Shown: piece by piece, positions 1 to 9,094 of the stretch
Numbering within the stretch: position 1 is the first letter of the stretch
Layout of the letters: each line of letters opens with the position of its first letter
NCBI GenBank assembly: GCA_963783595.1
Contig: CAWAPA010000014.1
Coordinates: forward strand, 21,277 to 85,276
Source: an uncultured Alphaproteobacteria bacterium
GTDB taxonomy: Bacteria; Pseudomonadota; Alphaproteobacteria; Rhodobacterales; Rhodobacteraceae
Length of the DNA stretch: 64,000 nt
Reading direction: 5' to 3'
Notes under the pieces: generated by a model
The model's input: only the letters and a program-made list of their open reading frames with translations
The model's database searches: none
What the model was told of the DNA's origin: nothing
Program-made: the position numbers and the translations under genes

Positions 1-82
1 GCGCGTCCAGCGTCACATCCGCCACATCCAGCATCGCTTGTTCCGCAATGATGGCTCTGATCTTGTCACTGATATCCAACAT
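1..82 (-). CDS. acyl carrier protein-like, N-terminal fragment cut by the window edge
   Basis: Minus-strand ATG at 82-80. The 27 visible codons (MLDISDKIRAIIAEQAMLDVADVTLDA) resemble ACP N-termini. Only a fragment is visible. Confidence 0.4.
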   Translation of the reverse strand, partial: MLDISDKIRAIIAEQAMLDVADVTLDA

Positions 83-112
83 CCCTGCCCCCATCATGTC
101 ACTGTGCTGGAT

Positions 113-1204
113 TTAGTCATTCTCATGTAACTTTGAAATGACCTTCTCCAATTCCGCCACCCGTGCCGCCAGCCGTGGCAGCCGCCGCAGCGCCTTTTGC
201 ATCTCGACATGGGTCTCCATCTTCACCGCCGGATACCCCAGCAAAACCCGCCCGGCTGGCGCATTGGTCATGATCTTGGTCGCACCGCCCGCGATCACGT
301 CATCGCCCACAAACAGATTGTCCCCCACGCCACATTGCCCGCCCATGACCACCCGGTCACCAATCCGCGCGGACCCGGCAATACCGACCTGACCGCACAG
401 CAGACAATCACGCCCGATCACCACGTTATGCCCGACATGCACAAGGTTATCGAGCTTGGTTCCCGCGCCGATCTCGGTATTGCGGATCGTGCCCCGGTCG
501 ATACAGGCATTCGCGCCGATCTCCACATCGTCGCCAATCACGACCGACCCCAGTGAATGAATGCGCGTCCAGCTTTGCGCCGCGATGTTTTCGCGCGCGC
601 CCAGCGTCTCGCGAATTTCCTCGACCCCTGATTTTTCGGGCGTGACGAAGGAAAAGCCATCCGCCCCGATCACTGCGCCGGGTTGGCAGATGAACCGCGC
701 TCCGATCACCACCCGTGCGCCGATCCGCGCGCCTTGGGCGATCAGCGCGTCATCACCGATCACCGCGCCTTCGGCGATACTGACATGGCTTGCAATCCGC
801 GACCGCGCACCGATCACGGCCCCCGCGCCGATGGTCACGAATGGCCCGATAGCCGCCCCCGCTCCAATCTGCGCCGACGCATCAACCACACAACTGCCAT
901 GCACGCCATCCGCAATTGCTGGCCCCGCATCCAGCATCCGCGACAGCCCCGCCATCGCCAATCGCCCGCGCGGCGCAAAGATCGCGGCCTTCAGGCCAAG
1001 CGCGCGCCAGTCCGCCCCCGGCCACAGCAGCGCCGCCGTGGCCTGCCCCTGTGCCAGACCGGCTGCATAGGCCGGTGACAACGCCAGCGCCAGATCACCC
1101 GCAGCCGCCATCGCAGGTTCGGCCGCGCCGTCAATCATCAGATCAACGTCACCCGCCGCATCAGCCCCAAGCGCCGTTGCAATCTGCCGGATCGTATGTT
1201 GCAT
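113..1204 (-). CDS. lpxD: UDP-3-O-acylglucosamine N-acyltransferase
   Basis: 363-aa ORF with long runs of hexapeptide (left-handed beta-helix) repeats and an LpxD-like N-terminus ([10 protein letters not shown]). Confidence 0.85.
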   Translation of the reverse strand: MQHTIRQIATALGADAAGDVDLMIDGAAEPAMAAAGDLALALSPAYAAGLAQGQATAALLWPGADWRALGLKAAIFAPRGRLAMAGLSRMLDAGPAIADGVHGSCVVDASAQIGAGAAIGPFVTIGAGAVIGARSRIASHVSIAEGAVIGDDALIAQGARIGARVVIGARFICQPGAVIGADGFSFVTPEKSGVEEIRETLGARENIAAQSWTRIHSLGSVVIGDDVEIGANACIDRGTIRNTEIGAGTKLDNLVHVGHNVVIGRDCLLCGQVGIAGSARIGDRVVMGGQCGVGDNLFVGDDVIAGGATKIMTNAPAGRVLLGYPAVKMETHVEMQKALRRLPRLAARVAELEKVISKLHEND

Positions 1205-1231
1205 GCCATCACCTCATCAGGTGCTGCAGGC

Positions 1232-2851
1232 TTACCCTTGAACGCCCATCATGGCCACCCCGGCAGCGCCAAGTGCGCGCCAGATGTCACCATCGCGCCC
1301 ATAAACGTCAGCGCGGTATCCCATCTGCCCTTTCGCATTGGGCCAGGCGGTAAAATACACCAGATGCACCGGAACCGGCTGTTCCAGCGGCACCGAGGTT
1401 TCCGCCCCGGTGTTCAGCACCCGCGCGAAACTGCCCTGCGGATCGTCGGTCTGCACCGCCAGCAGCGCATAGGCGAAATCGAACGGCGATCCCAGCCGCA
1501 CGCAGCCATGGCTATAGGCCCGCACCTCATGGGCGAACAGGTCCTTGGCCGGCGTGTCATGCAGATAGATGTTGTATTGGTTCGGGAACATGAACTTGAC
1601 GAGGCCAAGCGCGTTGCCGTCGGACGGCGCCTGGCGCAGGGCGAACGGAAAATTCCGCGCCGAATAGGCGGCAAAATTCACGGCCCCGCGCGGCACCACC
1701 CGCCCATTGCCGTCAATCACATTCAGATGCCCGACAGCATTCGGATTGCGCTGCAACAGCGGCAGATATTCCTTCACCGTGATCGAACGCGGCACAGACC
1801 ACGACGGGTTCACCACCATGTATTCCATCATGTCCGAAAACTCGGGCGTGTGGCGGCCGTCTTCATCCTTGCCGATGACGGCGCGTGTGCTGAAGGTCAC
1901 CCGCCCATGATCGACGATTTTCGCGGAAAAGTCGGGCAGGTTCACCCAGATATGCCGCGCGCCCCGGTCGGTATCGCCGATCCAGCGCAACCGCTCCAGC
2001 GCAACCAGTACCGATTGCAACCGCTCTTCCGGCCCCACGTTCAGCGCGGCAATCGTGCCCGCCCCTGCGACACCATCCGCGCCCAGCCCGTGATCGGTCT
2101 GAAACCGCTGCACCGCGCGGCTGATATCTGTATCATATACCGCTGTCACCGACCGCCGCAGATAGCCCATCATCGTCAAGCGGTCGCGCAGCGCCACAAC
2201 CTGTGCGCCCTCATCGCCCGGCACCAGCTTTTCGGCCGCAACCTGCGCGCCCCAACCGCCATGCACCACAAGGCGTTGCAACCTGATCCGTTCGCGCATC
2301 AGTTGCGCATATTCCGGCGCATCCGGCACCAGATCGCGCAGGAACCGTTCGGGCGACGGGGCGGCCAGAAATGCAGCCGCCATCGCCGCGCCATCAAATT
2401 CCGCGCGTTCGATCACGATCGTCGCATCAATCGAGCGTGGTGAAATCACACCCATCCGCATGTCATGCATGTAGTCCAGCAGCGCGCGCGTCATCATGAC
2501 GTCCACCCGCCCCCGGTCACCTTCGGTTGTCGCCGCCTGAAACGCCTGCGCCAGCACCCCCGGATCATAGGACGCCGCGGGCAACCCGTGGTCCGCCGCA
2601 CCCGCCAACACATTCAGCAATGCCTGCCGCCGCGCCACATCGCCCGCACCCGTCCAGATCGGCGCATAGTTCCGCGCGGTGTAGATCGTGGCCATCGCCG
2701 CATCATCACTCGCCGCCAGCGCAACCGACTGACTGAAAGGAGAAATCGCGGTTTCGGCCATTGCGCCCAGTGTCAGGCTGCCAACAAAGGCCGCCGAAAT
2801 CATCAATTGCGCAAGGCCGGTCGCGCCACGGCGGAAAACCATATCAAACAT
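1232..2851 (-). CDS. L,D-transpeptidase with peptidoglycan-binding domain (YcbB/LdtD-like)
   Basis: 539 aa with a signal peptide and a PG-binding-like segment (VVALRDRLTMMGYL...VQRFQTDHGLGADGVAG). The YkuD catalytic motif HDTP...SHGCVRL is present. Confidence 0.85.
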   Translation of the reverse strand: MFDMVFRRGATGLAQLMISAAFVGSLTLGAMAETAISPFSQSVALAASDDAAMATIYTARNYAPIWTGAGDVARRQALLNVLAGAADHGLPAASYDPGVLAQAFQAATTEGDRGRVDVMMTRALLDYMHDMRMGVISPRSIDATIVIERAEFDGAAMAAAFLAAPSPERFLRDLVPDAPEYAQLMRERIRLQRLVVHGGWGAQVAAEKLVPGDEGAQVVALRDRLTMMGYLRRSVTAVYDTDISRAVQRFQTDHGLGADGVAGAGTIAALNVGPEERLQSVLVALERLRWIGDTDRGARHIWVNLPDFSAKIVDHGRVTFSTRAVIGKDEDGRHTPEFSDMMEYMVVNPSWSVPRSITVKEYLPLLQRNPNAVGHLNVIDGNGRVVPRGAVNFAAYSARNFPFALRQAPSDGNALGLVKFMFPNQYNIYLHDTPAKDLFAHEVRAYSHGCVRLGSPFDFAYALLAVQTDDPQGSFARVLNTGAETSVPLEQPVPVHLVYFTAWPNAKGQMGYRADVYGRDGDIWRALGAAGVAMMGVQG

Positions 2852-3009
2852 CAGAACCTCAGATCGTCTTAAACGGCATCTCTATCGCTACATTTTGGTC
2901 AATTCCCTGCAGTTGTCCATGGGCTAGACGCCGCTCAGCGCGACAGTTGCATCACAGTCACGTTTCCTGCCCCGCACAGCGTCCATGTGCACGACTTTGT
3001 TGCCGGGAT

Positions 3010-3035
3010 GGAACCTTTTGACCGCGCACCGCGTT
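3010..3035 (+). promoter_or_regulatory. possible ECF-type promoter (GGAAC-N17-CGTT) upstream of the DUF882 gene
   Basis: GGAAC at 3010-3014 and CGTT at 3032-3035 with a 17-nt spacer. Motif match only. Confidence 0.2.
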
Positions 3036-3211
3036 GCTGACGTTTGCGTCATTCAGCAATTATTTGCCTATTGCTGCGCCAATGCTGTTTGCCGGGCATT
3101 CTTTTCTTGGGCTTCGAATCCTGTTGTGCCATAACAGGCCCCTCGGGGACGAGAAAACAAGGCCGTCGGCACAGGCGGTAGAATATCAGCGATCGGGACA
3201 GGCGCGTAGAA

Positions 3212-3781
3212 ATGCAAACTGAAACCAAGACGGGTATCTCGCGGCGTGGGCTGCTTGGTGCATTCGCGGCGACGATGGTTGTGGCCGCGCCAACTTATTC
3301 CAATGCATTCGGCATTCTGCGCGGCGCGGGCGATATCCGCCGCATCCGGATGTTTTCCGGGCGCACCGGCGAAAGCATCGACACGATTTATTGGCTGGAA
3401 GGCGAATACATCCCCGAAGTGTTCAAGGAAATCAATCACTTCATGCGTGATTGGCGGTCCGGTGATACGGTCAAGATGGACGCTCGTACCATTGACATCA
3501 TGGCAGCCTCGCACCGCCTGATGGATGTATCGGAACCCTACATGCTGTTGTCGGGATACCGCAGTCCGGCCACCAATGCCATGCTGCGGTCGCAGTCGGG
3601 TGGCGTGGCGCGCAACTCTCTGCACCTCAAGGGTCAGGCGGCCGATCTGCGGCTCCAGTCGCGGTCTGTCGGGCAGATGGCAAGTGCGGCGGCAAACTGT
3701 GCGGCTGGCGGGGTGGGGCGGTATTCGCGGTCGAACTTCGTCCACATGGACTGCGGCCCTGTGCGCAGCTGGGGCGGCTGA
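3212..3781 (+). CDS. DUF882 / peptidase M15A family protein (YcbK/MepK-like), Tat signal
   Basis: 189 aa with a twin-arginine leader (SRRGLLGAFAA). Conserved LSGYRSPATN...SLHLKGQAADL...HMD metal-site-like motifs. Confidence 0.8.
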   Translation: MQTETKTGISRRGLLGAFAATMVVAAPTYSNAFGILRGAGDIRRIRMFSGRTGESIDTIYWLEGEYIPEVFKEINHFMRDWRSGDTVKMDARTIDIMAASHRLMDVSEPYMLLSGYRSPATNAMLRSQSGGVARNSLHLKGQAADLRLQSRSVGQMASAAANCAAGGVGRYSRSNFVHMDCGPVRSWGG

Positions 3782-3813
3782 TCCAGTCAAATTGTTTCTA
3801 TTTCTCGATGATC

Positions 3814-3846
3814 GGGCACCAGATTGGTGCCCTTCATTGTTTCTGA
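3814..3846 (+). terminator. intrinsic terminator after the DUF882 gene
   Basis: Stem GGGCACC (3814-3820) pairs with GGTGCCC (3826-3832), followed by a T-rich tract. Confidence 0.55.
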
Positions 3847-3867
3847 AAGCACCATAAAGCCGATTCG

Positions 3868-4602
3868 TCAGGCCTCCGCTACCGCGCGCCCCTTGAATCC
3901 CATCGCCACGACAAACTTTTCCGAACTGTCCGCCCGGCTGGCGGCTGGCTTCACATTCGCCACCTTGCGAAAATTCCGCTTCAGCAGGCTCTGCAATTCA
4001 TTCTCCGCCCCGCCCGCCAGAACCTTGGCGACAAACGTGCCGCCCTCTTCCAGCACATCGAACGCGAACGAAGCCGCCGCCTCGCACAGTGCGATAATGC
4101 GCAGATGGTCCGTCCCCTTGTGCCCCGATGAGGCCGCTGCCATGTCCGACAGCACCACATCGGCATTGCCACCCAGCCACCCTTTGACCAGCGCATCCGC
4201 CTCATCGCTCAGAAAATCCAGCACATGGATCTCCGCGCCTGAAATCGGCTCCACCTCTTGCAGATCAACGCCCAACACCCGGCCCACCGGCTTTTTTGTG
4301 TTCTCGCCCAAGGCGTTGACCCGCGCCACGGCAATCTGGCACCACCCCCCCGGCGCGCAGCCAAGGTCAACGACCCGCGACCCCGGCTTCAAGAATCCGT
4401 ATTTGTCATCCAGTTCCGATATCTTGAACGCCGCCCGCCCCCGGTAGCCCTCTTTCTTCGCGCGGATCACATACGGGTCATTCAACTGCCGCTCCAGCCA
4501 CAGCGTCGATGACAGCTTGCGCCCTTTTGCGGTCTTTACCCGTACCCGCAATTCGCGCTGGCCGCGCCCGGATGTGGCTTTTTCTGCCGGTGGTTTGGTC
4601 AT
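3868..4602 (-). CDS. rlmE: 23S rRNA (uridine-2'-O)-methyltransferase RlmE/FtsJ
   Basis: Motifs [34 protein letters not shown]. Start taken at MTKPP (4602), which overlaps the ppx stop as ATGA. Confidence 0.85.
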   Translation of the reverse strand: MTKPPAEKATSGRGQRELRVRVKTAKGRKLSSTLWLERQLNDPYVIRAKKEGYRGRAAFKISELDDKYGFLKPGSRVVDLGCAPGGWCQIAVARVNALGENTKKPVGRVLGVDLQEVEPISGAEIHVLDFLSDEADALVKGWLGGNADVVLSDMAAASSGHKGTDHLRIIALCEAAASFAFDVLEEGGTFVAKVLAGGAENELQSLLKRNFRKVANVKPAASRADSSEKFVVAMGFKGRAVAEA

Positions 4603-5711
4603 GCGTATGGTCCCTCTGACAGGACGCCATCTGCGCTCATCTGCGCATACAGCAATCCTTCCCGCAGGCCACGGTCTGCAACCGATAGCCTGTCGGTGGG
4701 CCATATCCGCATCAGCGCCTGAAGGATAGCCGCCCCCGACATGATCAGCGAATGCCGGTCGCGCCCGATGCGCGGATCGGTACGGCGCCCTTCCGGCCCA
4801 AGGGAAAGATAGTCCCGGATCACGAAGTCAATCTGATCTGACGTCATCTCCAACCCGTCAACCTTGGCCCGGTCATAGCGTTTCAGTCCCAGAAAGCTGG
4901 CCGCCACGGTCGTCACTGTGCCGCTGGTTCCGATGATCTGGAACCCCTCGCGCGGGTTTTGCGCGTTATAGGGCGAAAAACTCGCCAGATTCTCCTCGAA
5001 GAACCAGCTCATCAACGCAAACCGTGCGCCGTCATCTTCCACATCAGCAAACTGATCCTTCAGTGTTGCCACACCCAGCGGCACCGAAATCCAGTCCACC
5101 ACCCGCGCGCCGTCTTCCCCGTGAAACCCACGGTGCAGCCGCATGATCGCCCGCGCCCGCAGCTCTTCGGGCACCGATGACAGATCAATCCACACCAGTT
5201 CTGTCGAGCCGCCGCCGATATCCACCACCAGCAACTGTTCAGTGCGCGGATCGACCAGCGGCGCACAGGAAATCACCGCCAGCCGCGCTTCTTCCTCGGG
5301 CTGGATGATCTCAAGCGACAACCCGGTTTCGCGCCGCACCTGCCGGATGAACTCCTTGGCATTCTTGGCCCGCCGGCAGGCCTCGGTCGCCACCAGCCGC
5401 ATCCGCGTCACGCCATGCTTTTCAATCTTTTTCTGGCACACCCGCAGCGCCTGAATGGTACGCCCCATGGACGCACGCGACAATCGCCCCGATGCCTCCA
5501 GCCCCACGCCGAGCTGTACCGTCTTGGAAAAGCTGTCAATGACATCAAACTGACTGCCCCGTGGCCGGGCAATCAGCATGCGGCAACTGTTCGTGCCAAG
5601 GTCAAGCGCCGCATAAAGCTGCGCTGACGGTTCTGTTTGGGGCGTGGACGGCTCGACCGAAGACGTCACTTCCGGGATCGCGTCCTCACCCCGGGGACGC
5701 TCGGGCGTCAT
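4599..5711 (-). CDS. ppx: Ppx/GppA family exopolyphosphatase
   Basis: ASKHA phosphatase motifs ([26 protein letters not shown]). Start taken at MTPERP (5711). Confidence 0.8.
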   Translation of the reverse strand: MTPERPRGEDAIPEVTSSVEPSTPQTEPSAQLYAALDLGTNSCRMLIARPRGSQFDVIDSFSKTVQLGVGLEASGRLSRASMGRTIQALRVCQKKIEKHGVTRMRLVATEACRRAKNAKEFIRQVRRETGLSLEIIQPEEEARLAVISCAPLVDPRTEQLLVVDIGGGSTELVWIDLSSVPEELRARAIMRLHRGFHGEDGARVVDWISVPLGVATLKDQFADVEDDGARFALMSWFFEENLASFSPYNAQNPREGFQIIGTSGTVTTVAASFLGLKRYDRAKVDGLEMTSDQIDFVIRDYLSLGPEGRRTDPRIGRDRHSLIMSGAAILQALMRIWPTDRLSVADRGLREGLLYAQMSADGVLSEGPYA

Positions 5712-5937
5712 GGTGCGCCCTCCAACTCTGGTTACCCTCAAGCTAGCCCCATGCCGCCGCTGAGGCAAGCAGGCAGCCGCCATCTTCTGCATCAGAATTT
5801 TTTCAGATCACCCCCGTTGCACGCAGGGGCAAAACGACTACGGTCGCTCCAGCCTAAGTTTATGTCGAAATCCGGCAGTGCTTGTCGCAACCGCACGCCT
5901 AAATGATGCCAGAACGCTGCCAAAAGGAATCACCGCA

Positions 5938-6234
5938 ATGCCAGAGGTCACCATCGTCTACTGGCGCGATATTCCGGCCCAGGTCATTGTCGGCAAAGGC
6001 CGCCGCGGATCAAAGGTGCAGCTTTCCGAACGCTTTGAACAGGCGATTGACCGTTGCGCCATGAAAATCGGGGCCAAGGATGCCGATGCCTATCTCGCCG
6101 AATGGCGTAAAGCGCCCCCGTATGAGGCAGATGGCGACGCCGATGCCCTTGTCGCCGCAATCGCGGCTGATCTGGAAGAAACCTACGACACGGCCCGCAT
6201 CAAACAACTGATCGACAACGAAGGGTGGGCATAA
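5938..6234 (+). CDS. small 'virulence factor'-domain protein that commonly accompanies MTHFR-like genes
   Basis: 98 aa (MPEVTIVYWRDIPAQVIVGKG...). Its stop overlaps the next start as TAATG. Confidence 0.6.
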   Translation: MPEVTIVYWRDIPAQVIVGKGRRGSKVQLSERFEQAIDRCAMKIGAKDADAYLAEWRKAPPYEADGDADALVAAIAADLEETYDTARIKQLIDNEGWA

Positions 6235-7154
6235 TGGCCTTGTTCAATTTCCGCCGCGACACAGCACCACAGAACACCGCCACGGTCGAGGCGTTCTTGT
6301 CCGGCTACTCGATCGAGGTGATGCCCCGCACCGCCGAAAAGATCGACAGCTTCCGCGAGATTCTGCCCGCTGGCACAAGGGTTTACATCGCCCATATCGA
6401 AGGCACACCGATTGCCGATATGGTGGCCACCGCCAAACGCGTGCACGCCGAAGGCTTCCCCGTGATGCCGCACTTCCCCGCGCGCATCATCCATGACAAG
6501 GCGACGCTGCACGATTGGGTTGCCCGCTATCAGGGCGAGGCGGATGTCAAACAGGCGCTGTTGCTGGGCGGCGGTGTGAACACGCCCGCCGGTGATTTTG
6601 ACAGTTCCATGCAATTGATGGAATCGGGCGCATTCGACGGCTTTGAACGGCTGCACATCGCAGGCCACCCCGAAGGCAACCGCGACATCGACAAGGATGG
6701 CGGCGATGCCATCGTGATGCAGGCGCTGAAATGGAAACAGGCGTTTTCCGAACGCTCGGATGCGCAGATGGCCATCGCGACCCAGTTCTGCTTTGAGGCC
6801 GACCCTGTGATCGCTTGGGTCAACCGCCTTGCCGCTGCAGGGATCAAACTGCCGGTGCATATCGGCATCGCAGGCCCCGCCAAGCTGCAGACCCTGATCA
6901 AGTTTGCCATTGCCTGCGGTGTTGGCCCGTCACTGCGCGTGCTGCAAAAGCGGGCGATGGATGTGACGAAACTGCTTTTGCCGTATGAGCCGACGGATGT
7001 CGTGTCGGCCCTAGCCGCGCACAAGGCCGCAAACCCCGATTTCGGCATTGAAAGCGTTCACTTCTTCCCCCTGGGCGGCATCAAGACCAATGCCACCTGG
7101 GCCACCGATCACGGCGGCGCTTCCGGCGTCCCCGCAGTTCATGCAAAGGCTTAA
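6234..7154 (+). CDS. metF: methylenetetrahydrofolate reductase family protein
   Basis: About 306 aa with MTHFR-like TIM-barrel features (YSIEVMPRTAEK...HIAGHPEG). Translationally coupled to its neighbours. Confidence 0.7.
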   Translation: MALFNFRRDTAPQNTATVEAFLSGYSIEVMPRTAEKIDSFREILPAGTRVYIAHIEGTPIADMVATAKRVHAEGFPVMPHFPARIIHDKATLHDWVARYQGEADVKQALLLGGGVNTPAGDFDSSMQLMESGAFDGFERLHIAGHPEGNRDIDKDGGDAIVMQALKWKQAFSERSDAQMAIATQFCFEADPVIAWVNRLAAAGIKLPVHIGIAGPAKLQTLIKFAIACGVGPSLRVLQKRAMDVTKLLLPYEPTDVVSALAAHKAANPDFGIESVHFFPLGGIKTNATWATDHGGASGVPAVHAKA

Positions 7155-7156
7155 GA

Positions 7157-8137
7157 ATGACCCGCACAGTTATCGAATCAAAAACAAAAACCGTAACGAT
7201 CGGGTTTGACGAACCGTTCTGCGTCATCGGCGAACGCATCAACCCCACGGGCCGCAAGAAACTCGCCGCCGAGCTAGAGGCAGGCAATTTCGAAACCGTT
7301 CTGCGCGATGCGCTGGAACAGGTCGCTTGCGGGGCCACCGTTCTGGACGTGAACTCGGGTGCCGTCTTTACCAACATGATGGCCAAGGACCCGCGTTACG
7401 CCGACAACAACTTTGTCGAACCACCGTTGATGAAGGAACTGATCCTGCGGATTCAGGCGGTCGTTGATGTGCCCCTTTGCATCGATTCGTCCGTTCCCGG
7501 CGCGCTTGAGGCCGGATTGCAGAATTGCGAAGGCCGTCCTCTCTTGAACTCCGTCACGGGCGAGGAGGAGCGTCTGGAACTCGTCCTGCCGCTGGTCAAG
7601 AAATACAATGTACCCGTCGTGGCAATTTCCAACGATGACACGGGCATCAGCCAAGACCCCGACGTGCGTTTTGCCGTCGCGAAAAAGATCGTCGAACGCG
7701 CCGCCGATTTCGGCATCCCCGCGCATGATATCGTGGTTGATCCGCTGGTCATGCCCATTGGCGCGATGGCGACGGCCGGGCATCAGGTTTTCACCCTGGT
7801 ACGCCGTTTGCGCGAAGAACTTGGCGTGAACACCACCTGCGGCGCATCCAACATCAGCTTTGGCCTGCCCCACCGCCACGGCATCAACGCGGCCTTCCTG
7901 CCCATGGCCATCGGAGCCGGGATGACGTCGGCTATCATGAACCCCATCCGTCAGGTCGAGATGGAGGCGATCCGCGCCGCAAACTTCCTGATGAACCACG
8001 ACGCCAACGGCGGTGAATGGATCCGTTTCGCCAAAGTGATCGAGGCGGTCGAGGCGGGGGCAACTTTCGCCGAAGCGTCCGCTGCCGCCACCGCCGCCAC
8101 TTCGGGCCGCCGGGGCGGGCGGCGCGCGCGGGGCTGA
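7157..8137 (+). CDS. pterin-binding (DHPS-like) methyltetrahydrofolate:corrinoid methyltransferase
   Basis: 326 aa with motifs GERINPTGRKK, VLDVNSG, PLCIDSS, LNSVTGEEERLE and GASNISFGLP, typical of MetH pterin-domain/AcsE/MtrH-like proteins. Confidence 0.75.
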   Translation: MTRTVIESKTKTVTIGFDEPFCVIGERINPTGRKKLAAELEAGNFETVLRDALEQVACGATVLDVNSGAVFTNMMAKDPRYADNNFVEPPLMKELILRIQAVVDVPLCIDSSVPGALEAGLQNCEGRPLLNSVTGEEERLELVLPLVKKYNVPVVAISNDDTGISQDPDVRFAVAKKIVERAADFGIPAHDIVVDPLVMPIGAMATAGHQVFTLVRRLREELGVNTTCGASNISFGLPHRHGINAAFLPMAIGAGMTSAIMNPIRQVEMEAIRAANFLMNHDANGGEWIRFAKVIEAVEAGATFAEASAAATAATSGRRGGRRARG

Positions 8138-8194
8138 TCCGGTTGCAGGCACGGGCGATTGCTCGGCCTGCGCCAATCTGCCTATGGTGCCGTG

Positions 8195-8953
8195 ATGTCC
8201 TATCGCAGCCTCGACCCCGAAAAGATTGCGGCCACAGCGCGTGCGCTTGATGCCCGCATCGCGTCGCGCTTTCCAGATGCCGGACTGCGCAACGTGTCTG
8301 CCGCTCTGGTGCAGCTTGCAGGCCAGACGGCAGAGAACACTGCCCGTCTGACGCCACCGATCTGGGCCCTGCGCGGCCTCATCGCGGCACTTGTGATTGC
8401 CGGCGCCGTTATCTTCCTGCGCATCGGCACGATCCTGCCGCTGCAACGCATCTCGCAAGAGGTGACGGGTTCGGTGCAGGGCATCGAATCCGGTCTGAAC
8501 ACCCTGATCCTCGCCATCCTCGGCCTCACCGCCCTGATCCGGCTTGAGGCGCATGTGAAACGCCAGCGCGTAGCCCGCGATCTGCACCAGTTGCGTGCGA
8601 TGATCCACATCATCGACATGCACCAGTTGACCAAAGACCCCGATACCCACGCGCCCGACTATCACCCCACCACCGCGTCACCAAAACGCGACCTGACGCG
8701 CGCAGAGTTGACCCGCTATCTGGACTACTGCTCGGAAATGCTGGCCATCACCGGCAAACTCGCAGCCCTGTATGCCCAAGCCGTGCCTGATGATCGCGTG
8801 GCCAATGCCGTGAATGACATCGAAACCCTTGGCAGCAACCTCTCGCGCAAGATCTGGCAAAAGATCATGCTTCTGGATGCCCTCCCCCGCGATCACCCGC
8901 ACCAAGCGCCCCGTCAGATCGCCACGCCCTGCTGCGACGGCAACAGAAGGTTA
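8195..8953 (+). CDS. conserved membrane protein (two predicted TM helices); 3' end unresolved
   Basis: ATG at 8195. Hydrophobic segments LRGLIAALVIAGAVIFL and LNTLILAILGLTALI. There is no in-frame stop before the next gene's ATG at 9095, so the end is a guess (nearest stop in the +1 frame). Confidence 0.4.
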
Positions 8954-9094
8954 GCAGGCCCAATAAGTCAGTCCGCGATCGTCATGCGCCGCGGATCACC
9001 CTGTCTGCTGGCGCAAGTTGAGGGAAAGGTGACGCAATCCGGCATTGCGGTCGCCCCTTCTTGCCCTACAACAGGCTCATTCCAGGAGCCTGAC

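Noticed and set aside
5793-5937. Possible SAM-II or cobalamin riboswitch in the leader of the C1 cluster. Local stems are present, for example GGCAG...CUGCC and GUGC...GCAC.
   Set aside because: I could not match the conserved core of either riboswitch class by eye. This needs cmsearch against Rfam before any claim.
7274-8665. Long antisense or alternate-frame ORFs. Examples: 7274-8665 (463 aa), 15548-17050 (500 aa), 23398-24699 (433 aa), 1196-2443 (415 aa), 41216-42307, 38902-39993 and 62637-63635.
   Set aside because: Each lies opposite or out of frame to a gene with clear family motifs. Their translations are Arg/Pro/Gly/His-rich low-complexity strings typical of stop-poor frames in GC-rich DNA, and I recognised no domains.
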